Source of the DNA: Leucoraja ocellata
Taxonomy: Eukaryota
Direction of reading: 5' to 3'
DNA length: 64,000 nt
Assembly: GCA_036785375.1 (NCBI GenBank)
Contig: JAWMAR010000200.1
Span: forward strand, 3,782,001-3,846,000
Shown: positions 1 through 10,745 of the stretch, one piece after another
Layout: each line of letters begins with the position of its first letter
Numbering within the stretch: the stretch's first letter is position 1
Notes under the pieces: generated by a model
Databases searched by the model: none
What the model was told of the DNA's origin: nothing
The model's input: only the letters and a program-made list of their open reading frames with translations
Translations under genes and position numbers: made by a program

Positions 1-497
1 TTTATTCCTGCCAAACACAGTCGGACCTAATAAAGTATTGCAGTTTCAAGCACAGGCAGGGCAGCAGGCCAAACAACTCATGGCATTGTCATTAAGGGCT
101 AACAAATTATTTATTGCAAGTACATTGCAGACTCACAGTTCAGTTGATTCACAGCTTAGAATGAGAGTCATTGCCTCTCCCTCGCGATCTTGCAGAGTGA
201 TTGCCATGTCCAGGCAACCGGGCTTTTATAGTCTTGCCCCCCGCCACCCCCCCCCCCCCACGAAGGGGCGTTACCGTCATCATGGTGATTGACAGGCGAG
301 AGGATCTCAAGGTTTTTTAAACACTCATAACTTTTTTTATTTTTCATCGATGGGGAAAAATCCTCGGGGCCTGCTCATCGGAGGAGGACGGTGAGTAAGA
401 TGGCCAAAAATCATAGCGATATATGGTAGCATTTTTTCTAAAATCAATATACAGCGCAGACAGGAAGTGGTTAAGATGAGACTTTTAATTATATAGA
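1..497 (-). mobile_element. Non-autonomous Helitron-like element, 5' portion (cut by window edge)
   Basis: Ends ...ACTTTTAATTATATAGA|T, i.e. A|TCTATAT... on minus, the same terminus type as the elements at 7017-7642 and 22902-23553; abuts CR1 sequence at 498. The CTAG end is not visible. Confidence 0.5.
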
Positions 498-980
498 TGA
501 GGAGGAATTTCTTGAGTCAGAGGGTGTTCACTCTGTGGAATTATTTGCCACAGAAGGCTGTGGAAGCCAAGAGATTATTGATTAGTACGGTTGTCAGGGG
601 TTATGGGGAGAAGGCTGGAGAATGTGGTTAGGAGGGATAGGTCAACCATGATTGAATGGCAGAATAATTGATAAATTAGCAAAGATCACGCCTCCTTTAT
701 TCACCTAATTCCATCTAACCTGCAAATGCCATTTTGGCTGAATTCTTGTACAAAATAATTTATTTCTCCCCTTGAGATGACTGACCGAAATTAATTCCTG
801 CCATTTGGTATTGCTTCCCTAGTAATCTTATACTTTTGAGAGGTGGGAGTGTGGGTGCATTGATTGGTGTTTCTTTGTTTCTATGGGTTATTGATTGGGG
901 ACGATCAGCCATGATCACAATGAATGGCAGTGCTGGCTCGAAGGGCCGAATGGCCTCCTCCTGCACCTATTTTCTATGGT
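498..980 (+). mobile_element. Two CR1/HER1-type LINE 3'-end fragments (about 498-670 and 880-980)
   Basis: Typical CR1 3' sequence: CTGTGGAATT..GCCACAGAAGGCTGTGGA; GATCAGCCATGATCACAATGAATGGC..GGCTCGAAGGGCCGAATGGCCTCCTCCTGCACCTATTTTCTATG. Confidence 0.8.
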
Positions 981-1642
981 GGATAGAGGAGTCTGCTATG
1001 ATCAAGAACTAACAGCTATTCGTAATGCCGCCGCCTGACTGTCATAACCCTGTCATTTCCAAGTCACAAGGAGAATTACATTTGAGCGGTCTCTAACCTG
1101 GCGAGTAAATTTCCCACAACAAAAACAATTAGCCTCCAAAGGACCTCAGTATATATAGCACCTGTCTAAAGAAAAAAGATGGGAAGGCGAGAAAAGAGTT
1201 GGGCTCAGTGCCAATTGGACTGGTATGTTTCCTAGTCTTCATGATACTTAGAGAATCAGTGTTAAAAGAGATCATTACATTGTTATATCCAGAGAGACAG
1301 ATTACTATCTGGGAAGCTGGTGCAAACCCTGCCTTCTCCATTGCCACGCACTGTTGTATGACCTGCCATAAATCCCCACCATTTGCTGATAGTCTTGCAA
1401 TAATGAATCGCCCAGAGCTCGATGGAGAAAGACTAGTTTTGAGAGCTGTTTATGAGAGTTGGAGTGCAGCAGCTCTAGGCTGAAATGTAGAGCTCAGACT
1501 TGCTGACGCTCAGACTTGGCTGACACTGAGTGTGGACAATTGGTAGGGACTGGCAGTGGCAATTCCATGTGCTGACAGGCTGCTCAGATCATATTATCTT
1601 TGTCATTGGGGAATGTAGCAGTTTCATCATATCCAACAGGTC

Positions 1643-2030
1643 GTCATAAGTTATAGCAGCAGAATTAGGCCATTCAGCCCATCAAGTTTCCTCCGCCATT
1701 CAATCATTGCTGATCTATCTTTTCCTCTCTTCCCCATTATCCTACCTTCTCCGCATAACCTCTGACACCCATACTAATCAAGAATCTATCAATCTCTGCC
1801 GTAAAAAATATCCATTGATTTGGCCTCCACAGCTGTCTGTGGCAATGAATTCCACAGATTCACCTTTGACTAAATAAATTCCTCCTCTTCTCCTTTCTCA
1901 GGTGCATCGTTTTATTCTGAGACCATGGCCCCTGGTCCTAGGATCGCCCACTAGTGGAAACATCCTCTCCATATTCACTCTATCCAGACCTTTCTGTTAG
2001 TTTCAATTAGGTACCCCCTCATCCTTCTGA
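1643..2030 (-). mobile_element. CR1-type LINE 3' fragment
   Basis: Reverse complement of CR1 3' end (GCAGAATTAGGCCATTCAGCCC..CCATTCAATCA..GAATTCCACAGATTCAC). Confidence 0.8.
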
Positions 2031-2324
2031 AGAAGGAAATTAAATTCAAAGAGCTGCAGATGCTGGAAATCTTAAATAAGAGCAGAAAATGCTGCAAACA
2101 TTAAATAGAATATGTGCAGAGAGAGCAATATAATCAATGTTTCAGGTGGAAGAGCCTTAAATCAGTACTGGGATGGAGAGAAGGAAAATTATCATCAAAA
2201 GAAGGGTGGGGAAAGAGATGGGCGGAAGAGAGGAAATAACTTTGAAACAATGGGGCTTGGATTTGCCTGGGGATCAGCTTTAAATGACCTTTGTACCAAT
2301 CTCTTCAGATGCACTGGGGAAAGC

Positions 2325-2605
2325 ATACTATCGGATGCATCACAACTTGGTTTGGAGATTGCAAGAAATAGCAGAGGGTTGTGGTTGCAGCCCAGTCTAT
2401 TATGCAAACCAGCCTCACCCCAATTGACTCCATCTGTATTTCACACTTCCTCAGGAAAGTAATTAACATAATCAAAGAACACTCACACCCTGGTCATTTC
2501 CTGTTCTCCCTTCTCCTGCAGAAGATGCTAAAGCTTGAAAGCACATACCACCAAATTGAGGAATAGCTTTTTACCGCTCTTATCAGACTATTGAATGGAG
2601 CTCTC
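2325..2605 (+). mobile_element. Rex1/Babar-type LINE ORF C-terminal fragment (degraded)
   Basis: ORF 2381-2566 contains IIKEHSHPGHFLFSLL, matching the IxDxSHPxxxLFxLLPSG motif also seen at 59.6 kb and 63.0 kb. Confidence 0.7.
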
Positions 2606-2702
2606 GGGTGGCGGGGGAATTGTGAAGTGCTGATCTCCCAATCTACCTCATTGACACCTTGGTAGTTTTTTATCTATGTCTTTTTCTTGAGCTTTAATGT
2701 TT

Positions 2703-3007
2703 TTTTAGTTTAGAGATACAACGTGGAAACAGGCCCTTCGGCCCACCGTGTCCGTACTGACCAGCGATCCTTGCACATTAACACCATCCAACACACATTA
2801 GGGACAATTTACACTTATTCTAAGCCAATTAACCTACAAGCCTGTATGTCTTTGGAGTGTGGGAGGAAACCGTAGATGTTGGAGAAAACCCACAGGGAGA
2901 ACATACAAACTCCATACAGACAGCACCCATAATCGGGATTGAACCCAAGTCTCCGGCGCTGCAAGCACTGTAAGGCAGCAACTCTACCGCTGTGCCACTG
3001 TGTTGCC
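2703..3007 (-). mobile_element. HE1-type tRNA-derived SINE
   Basis: Minus strand has a tRNA-like head (GGCACAGCGGTAGAGTTGCTGCC..GGTTCAATCC), a central GGGTTTTCTCC..CGGTTTCCTCCCACACTCCAAAGAC core and a CR1-like tail with (CTAAA)n; similar to copies at 13.1, 17.3 and 35.6 kb. Confidence 0.85.
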
Positions 3008-3051
3008 GTGTTAGAGCTGTAAAACTTTAAACTGGACTATGTTTATTTTTC

Positions 3052-3278
3052 GGAGGTTACACAAAAAAGCTGGAGAAACTCAGCGGGTGCAGCAGCATCT
3101 ATGGAGCGAAGTAAATAGGCAACGTTTCGGGCCGAAACCCTTCTTCAGACGGAAGAAGGGTTTCGGCCTGAAACGTTGCCTATTTCCTTCGCTCCATAGA
3201 TGCTGCTGCACCCGCTGAGTTTCTCCAGCTTTTTTGTGTAACCTTCGATTCTCCAGCATCTGCAGTTCCCTCTTAAAC
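3052..3278. mobile_element. Penelope-like pseudo-LTR head-to-head inverted pair with tail and 16-bp TSD
   Basis: Near-perfect inverted repeat 3054-3244, 34-nt one-sided extension 3245-3278, and ACTATGTTTATTTTTC duplicated at 3036-3051 and 3279-3294. Confidence 0.85.
3121..3148 (-). ncRNA. Minimal hammerhead ribozyme core (Penelope type)
   Basis: Minus strand reads CTGAAGA-A-GGGT-TTCG-GCCC-GAAA-CGTT: intact core, stem II capped by a UUCG tetraloop, NUH triplet GUU. Stem I 5' strand is disrupted at the inversion junction. Confidence 0.6.
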
Positions 3279-3329
3279 ACTATGTTTATTTTTCTCTTTG
3301 CACTACCCGTTATTATTACAGATGATCTG

Positions 3330-3715
3330 GTACACACAAAATGCAGGAGTAACTCTGCGAGACTGGCAGCATCTCGAGAGAAGGAATGGGTGACGTTTCA
3401 GGTCGAGACCCTTCTTCCGACCGATGTCAGGGGAGTGGGCAGGACAGAAATAGAATGTAGTCGGAGACAGTGAGACTGGTGGGAGAACTGGGAAGGGGAG
3501 GGGATGGAGAGAGAGGGAAAGCAAGGGCTATTTGAAGTTAGAGAAGTCTAAATGTTCATACCACTGGGGTGTAAGTTACCCAAGCGAAATATGAGGTGTT
3601 GCTCCTCCAATTTGCGCTGGGCCTCACTCTGACAATAGAGGAGGCCCAGGCCAGCAAGATCAGATTGGGAATGGGAGGAGGAGTTAGTGCTGAGCCACCG
3701 GGAACTGGTTCTGAT
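3330..3715 (-). mobile_element. Penelope-like element 3' end (GIY-YIG endonuclease C-terminus, 3' UTR, pLTR)
   Basis: ORF 3548-3757 ends LLYCQSEAQRKLEEQHLIFRLGNLHPSGMNI, a PLE endonuclease C-terminal E..I..L....P.G.N motif; followed by a pLTR unit with a mutated hammerhead (CGGAAGAAGGGTCTCGACCTGAAACGTCACCC). Confidence 0.8.
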
Positions 3716-4854
3716 CTGGTACTTTTGGCCCAGCGCTTTGTTACTAATGCATATCACCGTTATTGAAAATAATTGTGCTCTGCCTGACCATCAGGAAGCA
3801 GCTCCGATCAATCCCTACTGATTGATAATCCCACATCATCACAATTTAAACAGATTTTTATTACCTTTGTAATAATTCTTGCATTACAATTCTTGCTACT
3901 CATTCTAACCTGGCTGTAGTTACACATTTGTGAGAAGATTTCCTGAAGAAGCAACTGTTTAGCGATAAGAGAAATCTGGTTAATGTTCTCTGCAACTGTG
4001 GAACATAGATTTCCGGTAGTGTATCTTGCTTCTTTTATTAATTCATTTATATGTAGTTGTCAATAAGTTTGGAGTGGCGGTGGGTGGGGACTTTTGCAGG
4101 TGACTGTTACTAGTAGCCCACCAGGGGTCAGAGCCTCCCTGGAGTGCTGTAACAAAAAATGAGAAAAGGGTCAGGATATAATCTATTTAAACTGAACTTT
4201 CATGGTTGAGAGTATTGTAGACCTGTTCTTTGCAGTTCTCCATTTGTTCCCAGTGAACAGGTTATTGGTCAACTTCAGTAAATAAGCATTGGTTGTAGTT
4301 CCCTGTGTTACTATGGAAACCACAGCAAAGAGGAATTAAAATAATCACCTCTCTCCCTATGTCACTTGATTCTGGATTTGTTTCTATATGTTTGTACATG
4401 TTCTACAGATGGGTTTTGACATGCCCATAGCCACAGCTTGAAGGTCTTCTGTTTTGCCCATTGTTTAGTTGAGTTCAGAGATACAGCATGGAAACAGACC
4501 CTTTGGCCCACCAAGTCCACGGCAATCACCCATTCTATCCAGTTCTATGTGATTTCTCATCTATTCTTGTATATTTTTACAATTTTTATAGGAATTTTCC
4601 ATTTGTAATGGTTGAACTATTTATATTTGTACAACAAACATTTTTGAAGTAATACTTCAGTTATAGAATCGTGCAATACAAAAAATGATCCAAAGACATA
4701 CAAGGTCAGGTCTAACTTGCTGAAGACCAGTGCAAGCACAAAGAGCTAATTCTGACTAAACCGGAGACACGGTGGATGCTACGTAGCCGAGGCAGGATTT
4801 TCACACCATCACGTCCTACAAGAGAAAACTGGGTCGTGTAAGCAGTAATGGTGC

Positions 4855-5020
4855 ATCACTTCCGGACTAACTCAATGTCTTTGAAAAGGAGAACAAAGAC
4901 ACACTCACATGAGCCTCAGCCCCTACAAACCTTATGATCTCAGTCTCTGAGGCCGACATCAGAGAAGCCTTCAAGAGGGTGAATCCACGCAAAGCGTCCA
5001 GACCAGATGACGTACCCAGC
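4855..5020 (+). mobile_element. Rex1/Babar LINE internal fragment (start of RT)
   Basis: Translates SVSEADIREAFKRVNPRKASRPDDVP, a degenerate KAxGPDG motif preceding the RT domain. Confidence 0.65.
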
Positions 5021-5489
5021 ATTTAGAATCTGATGCCAGTATCTGCATTGTCCAATCTATGGATCTTATTCTACTTCACAATGATCTAAATCAGCCAGTC
5101 TACTGCTATGACAGAGATTGATTTCATTTGTTTAAATATTCAAAACAATCCAAGCATTTAGAGGTGCATTTATGACGTGTAATCTGGGATTTGGGATGAT
5201 CAATTCAATTTAAATTGGTTGGGCAATGTTCTGTTGATTTGTTCTGATGATTTGGCAGATTCTAATAAGAGAAAAACTAAGTTAATGTTTCTTAATCGTT
5301 TTATATGGCATGTGAGACACTGAACAGACTAAAAATGAAATGCCCAGACAAGTACTTCACAGAGTGTTGTTTTCGTCTTTGATTAACTCTGCACAAATAT
5401 TGGAAAGACGAACACATAATTCTGGAGGAACTCAGTGGGTCAGGAAGTATCTGCTGGGTTGATTCAATTATCCCATGATAGATTTCTGA

Positions 5490-5950
5490 CTTGCAGATTG
5501 CAGTGGGATTTTGATCAACTGGGCCAAAGGGCCGTGGAATAGAAAATGGAGTTTAATTTCGGATTTTCACATTAAATGGCAGCCCTGGGGAGTGGTAGGA
5601 AAGAGAGACCTAGGGGTGCAGGTACACAGTTCCAGAAAAACTGGCTTCCCAGATAGACAATGTGGTGAGGAAAGTACCTGGCATGCTTGTCTTCATCGGC
5701 CAAAGTATTAAATACAATAGTTGAGACATGTGGCAGTACAAGACATTGGTAATGCCACTTAGGAGTGCTGTGCACAGTTCTGGTCATCCTGCTATAGGAA
5801 GCATGTCATTAAACTGGAAAGGATGCATAAAAGATTTGAGAATATTCCTGGGTCTGGTAGGTTTGAGATAAGGTGTGGCAAGATAGGCATGGACATTTTT
5901 CCTGAAGCATAGGAGGCAAAGGGATAACATAATAGAGGCTTATAAAATAA
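5490..5950 (+). mobile_element. CR1 LINE ORF2 C-terminal fragment (degraded)
   Basis: AGAGACCTAGGGGTGCAGGTACA (RDLGVQV), GTGCACAGTTCTGGTCATCCTGCTATAGGAAG. Confidence 0.75.
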
Positions 5951-6619
5951 AGAGTCAAGAGTGTTTTATTGTCATATGTCCCGGACGGGACAAAGAAATT
6001 CTTACTGAACAGAGAAGCAGACGTGGGCTATACCCCTGCTTCCATTTCTTATATCCTGCTTTCTTTAATGTTTACTTCCCAGCAAAGATGGAGAACAAAT
6101 ATGTGCGAGAACTTAATTATGTACTTTCTTTATGCACATTTGTAATAGTCATTTTAATTCAGTTTAATAGTGAAAACATTTGGACAGGTGCATGGCTTGA
6201 CTCATCTATTTTAATAATAGTAGAATTATGGTACAATGATTGTGAACTGATTTGAATGCATTTATGACATCTGATTCCCACTTTTAATGATACAAAATTA
6301 ACGTGGCTATTTGTTGCCATTCTTGTTCCAATTACCGGAGGCTTGTTTTATTTATACATAGAATAAACAAATCAAATGATTACATTTAAAAATCACAATG
6401 CATTTTATTTTAATCATAACAACATTTCTATTCAGTGGCTTGTTGAAAAACGTGAACATTTATTTTTGTGGAGATGAAATTTGGCACAAATTTTTGTATT
6501 AGCTGAACAGTTTTGTAGATACCCACCACACTGAGCATGTGTCCATTTTTAAAAGGGGTTCTTTCCTTATAACGCAGTAAATTATACCTCACAAGAGTTA
6601 CACTGGAGAGAAAATTGTT

Positions 6620-6975
6620 ATACAAAAAGGCCCTTTTGCCCAGCTTGACCTTGCCAAGCAAGATGTCTGTCTGAGTTAGTTTGATTCGCCTGCATTCAAC
6701 CCATTTCTTTAAACATTTCCTATCCACGTACCTGTCCAAATATTTTCTAAATATTGTAATGTTATCCACCTCTACAACTTTGTAAGCCTGTTGTATATTC
6801 TTCACTGTCTGGTTCGCCACCAACTGCAAACTTACTAACAATGTAAGCAAAGTCATCTAAATCGTCAATATAGATGATGAACAACAGTGGACCCAGTACC
6901 GATCCCTGTGGCACAACACTGGTGATATAGTTCCAATCTGAATAACAACCCTCTGACCTTCCACCACCAACTATG
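6620..6975 (-). mobile_element. CR1 LINE fragments (3' tail and RT segment)
   Basis: Minus strand contains GTGTTGTGCCACAGGGATCGGTACTGGGTCCACTGTTGTTC (VPQGSVLGPLLF) plus CR1 tail sequence. Confidence 0.75.
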
Positions 6976-7016
6976 TAAGTTAAAAGAGGAGTGGAGCTGG
7001 CAGAATTTATGTTGTA

Positions 7017-7642
7017 CTAGGCCAACTGGGACCTTTTGGGTCCCTGTAACACGGGAGGCCTGGTCGCCCAACGCAACCCGTTCCCCAATGCAATATTCCA
7101 CCACTAACCCGTAGCCCCCACGGGAAGGGTGGTCCCCAAACTCAACCCGTTTCCCAACATAAGATTCCACCACTCCCCTGCCTCCCCCAGCATTGGACTT
7201 TAAAAAAATCCAATTGGACATCCCCTACCTGCCGTAGCACTTCCAATTGTAATACCAATTCACTCTCCCTCTCCTATTGAAGCATTTGCTGCCAGGAGCT
7301 GGAGTGTTGTATGATGGCAACCTTGTTGCAATTGTCAGGTGGAGGACTGTGACGGTGGAAGCACAGAGTGTTCCTGTATTGCAACTTTGTATCAAAGTTT
7401 CTTGGTAGCTGACAGGAAGGATTTTAACAGTAAAAATCTTGTTAAAGTTGGCTTTTTAAACCTTGAAATATCAATAACATGAAATATAACATCAAATGTG
7501 AAGAAACCTGATATGAACGACCACGGGAAAAAGCTGAGTAAGATTCTGCAAAAAGAATTGCGCTATTGTGAACCGTTTTGGCGTAGCTCCTGAGATCACA
7601 GACAGACAGACAAACAAGTCGATACTTTTAATAGTATATAGT
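7017..7642 (-). mobile_element. Non-autonomous Helitron-like element
   Basis: Minus-strand 3' end CTAG|T (7017-7020) with subterminal hairpin GGGACC-TTTTG-GGTCCC (7028-7044); 5' end ~CTATATACTATTAAAAGT; internal ~68-bp tandem duplication (7062-7174); no TSD or TIR. Confidence 0.7.
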
Positions 7643-8254
7643 TGTGACAAAAATATATAAACGTTTGAAAATATTAACCCGTTTAATTTGGTGGAAAATT
7701 GGTGTTCCATCAATTTGGCATCCCAGTTTACTCTCCATCCTAACCTTATTTCCCATAACCTTCAATTTGCTTATGATTTAACTGTTGGTTTTGGCAAAGC
7801 AATACACTGAACATTCAAGCAACATTTCTCCATATTTATTAGAGCCAAGGGCATGATCTTGTTCATTCACTCACAAAACAAATGTGTTTCTTTTCATGGA
7901 TAATGATGTTAATATGAACACCTTATCTTAATTAGCATTGTGTCTGCCAATTAACCTGAAGTGACTCTAAAATGTTGAGACCATGTACTGCATGCAGTTT
8001 AAAGGTGTTTAGGTACAGAAAACATAATAGTTAATATGCTTGTTGAAGAAAAAGCAAGTTTTGGCAACAAAAAGTTATATTATCGTGGTTTGTTTCACAT
8101 AGAAATATGCTATATTGGATAAAATGAACCATAAGCATTGATTGGAGAGAAAGAATAATATATGGGCAATTATTACATCTTGTCTGGCACAAAAAAATCA
8201 ATCAAATAAGAAGGCTCAACCTTGGCTTGTAGAGTAAATTAATGATTTAAAAAT

Positions 8255-9060
8255 TGCCAGAAAAAGCAGCAGGCCTGTGGATTAGGAGAAGTTTAGAATC
8301 CAAATGAAAGAGGACAAAAAGATTGACTTGGAAAGGACTAAATGGAACTGTAAGGAGATGACAAAAAGGCTCTGAAGTGATTTAGACAATGGGCAAATAT
8401 ATGGGAGGTAGAGCTAAAAGTTGAGGTTATCCACAAAAGCTGAAAGTAAGCTTATTATTTGAATGGTTGTAAATTAGGCGAAGGGAAGGTGCAGCAAGAC
8501 CTGGCTATCCTCCTACATTACTTGTTGAATGAAAACTTTGAGTGGCAGCAATTGGGAAGGCAATTTTTACTTCAAGAATGGTTGCGTATGGGAGCAAGGC
8601 TCCACTGCAGCTGTATAGGGACTTGATGGGACCTTCTCTGGAATTTGTTTGCATGTTTTAGGCTCTTTATCTTGGGAAATATATTGTTGCCATAGAAGGA
8701 GTGCACCAAAGATTTGCAAGGCTGATTTCAAAGCTAGGACTGATCCAAAAAGAGATTGGGCCTATATACATATTGATGATTGAGGAGGGATCTCGTAGAA
8801 CCAGAAAAAAATTCAAGACCGTCCAGAACCACAAATCACAGCTTCAGGCTATGAAGTATGCCAGTGAAGTGATCAGGAGACATTTCTTCATCCAGAATGT
8901 GGTGAATCTGTGGAATTCTCTTTCACTGACGACAACAGACGCGATGGCTTTAAACATATTGAAGAAGATATGTTTTTTAATATTAAAGCAATCAAGTGGC
9001 ATGAGCAAAATACAGGATTGAGATAGATGATCAGCCATGTTCATGGTCTTCTCTGTTCTT
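8255..9060 (+). mobile_element. Old CR1 LINE fragment (ORF2 C-terminus and 3' UTR)
   Basis: ORF 8701-9021 contains RRHFFIQNVVNLWNSL, the CR1 FFxxRVVNxWNxL motif. Confidence 0.75.
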
Positions 9061-10239
9061 ATTTTCCATTTTCTACATTTCAAGATCTCATAACAGAGTA
9101 ATTAATGCTACAACATCTCAACCCATGAGCAGAAAAACATTTCTGAATTTCTCTTTCTCTTCGTTATTTTCTATTCTCTACATTCTAGCTTCCATCTAAA
9201 TTTAAATTTGCTTTCCCTTTTTTCTATTAAACTTTTCACACTACACCATCTTTCTTAATCGCTTTCACATATCTACTCTCAATCTCTGTTTCTCTAATTT
9301 CTGAAATTGTTTATTAATTCATCTTTCCTTGTTGTGTTCTATCTTGCCTTTGGTTCCCTTCTGTTTCCCAGTGATCTTAGTATTTATGATAGTCATATTC
9401 ATATCAAACAATATTTTTTCCCAAAACAAATAATTCTGCTCTAAGGATGTAAGTAAATGTTTTAATTGTAGGATCAGGGTGCTGAGATTCAAAGAGTATG
9501 TGGGATTTGGACATGCTGCAGTACAATCATTGAGACAAAATTATAGAAAACTATATTGCATGGATCCATGCATCAGTCTCATAATATATTTGTACATTTC
9601 AGAATATTGTAATATAAATTAGTCATTTTAATTGGGGTCATTTATCAGGTAAGAGAGTGAATTACAGGTAATCTTGAAGACAATGTTGGGATGATTTTCC
9701 GGCCTGATGCCAATAACTATACTGGGACTTCCCACTGTATCTCCATGGTTTCGGATGTTGACATCAGCCAGATCTAGCAGGTGCCAACTTCTCTTTTGCT
9801 GCCATAATAGCTGTGCATGTGCTGCTGCTTGAATTCTTCATGGAGCCTGTTGCAGCAACACAATCTTACATCAGTTTTTCAGCTCTCAATCATAGCAGTC
9901 CCCATTAAAATAAAAGAGATAAATCATCCAAGATAATTGTTTAGTCATGTGTGTTGGCATTTTGTGTGCCAGATGTGTTAACAACTTTCTTTTAATATGC
10001 TCTGAGTTCTACTGAATATTTGTGAATGTCACAACTAATCATATGGCCTGATCGCTCTGACGATTTTAGCAGCATACGAGTCTGGAGGGTGCAGGGACTT
10101 ACTGACCAAGTCGAGTCGAGTTTATTATCATAAGCACAATATGACTCAGACAAACACACAAAACATATATTATACATGTTTAGGGCTTTTAAGAATCAAC
10201 CACATTATGGTTTTGGAGGCACCGCATAAAAAGAGACAT

Positions 10240-10465
10240 GTTTCCTGCTCTGAATGACTTTGGTAAACCAGATGTGCTTATGGGACAATACACCAGTATT
10301 TCCATTATTAACGGCAGCTATTTATTCTAGATTTGTTAATTAATTGAATTTAAAATCTCCTCCCTCCAGCTGCACTGCACTGGTCGAATTTAACCTGTGT
10401 CTCCAGACATGTAGCATAAACCTCAGGATATAATTGTCCAGTATCTTAACCACAATGTAAACTAT
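10240..10465 (-). mobile_element. Degraded SINE-like repeat
   Basis: Resembles elasmobranch SINE sequence (GGTAAACCAGATG..GACAAT..ATTCTAGATTT..TTGAATTTAAA); recognition only. Confidence 0.3.
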
Positions 10466-10512
10466 TGGGCAGGAGGTATAGAAAATGTAACCATTAAACA
10501 AACTTAACGATT

Positions 10513-10605
10513 GGGCAGGAGGTACAGAAGTCTGAAGTCGCACACCACCAAGTTCAGGAATGGCTACTTTCCTAAAACAATCAGGTTCTTGAACCGACCT
10601 GTACA
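10513..10605 (+). mobile_element. Rex1/Babar LINE 3' ORF fragment
   Basis: Translates GRRYRSLKSHTTKFRNGYFPKTIRFLN. Confidence 0.7.
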
Positions 10606-10613
10606 ATCTTAAC

Positions 10614-10745
10614 GTGTGGGAAGGAACTGCAGATGCTGGTTTACACTGAAGTTATACACAAAATGGTGGAGTAACTCAACAAGACATTCAGCATCTCCAG
10701 AGAGAAGGAATGCGTAAGGTTTCGAGTCGAGACCCTTCTTCAGAC
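10614..10745 (-). mobile_element. Penelope pLTR unit with tail, mutated hammerhead
   Basis: Minus: GTCTGAAGAAGGGTCTCGACTCGAAACCTT..AGATGCTG..GAGTTACTCCA..CCAGCATCTGCAGTTCCTT. Confidence 0.75.

Noticed and set aside
1199-1483. 94-aa ORF with a hydrophobic N-terminus as a host exon
   Set aside because: Non-ATG start, no recognisable homology and no convincing splice sites.
2940-3007. tRNA genes at SINE heads (also 13.4, 17.5 and 35.6 kb)
   Set aside because: The A/B-box-like heads are contiguous with the HE1 core and tail, and no full cloverleaf is evident.
10464-10524. 15-bp direct repeat ATTGGGCAGGAGGTA around 31 bp
   Set aside because: Most simply a junction scar or microduplication at the 5' end of the Rex fragment; too small to interpret.
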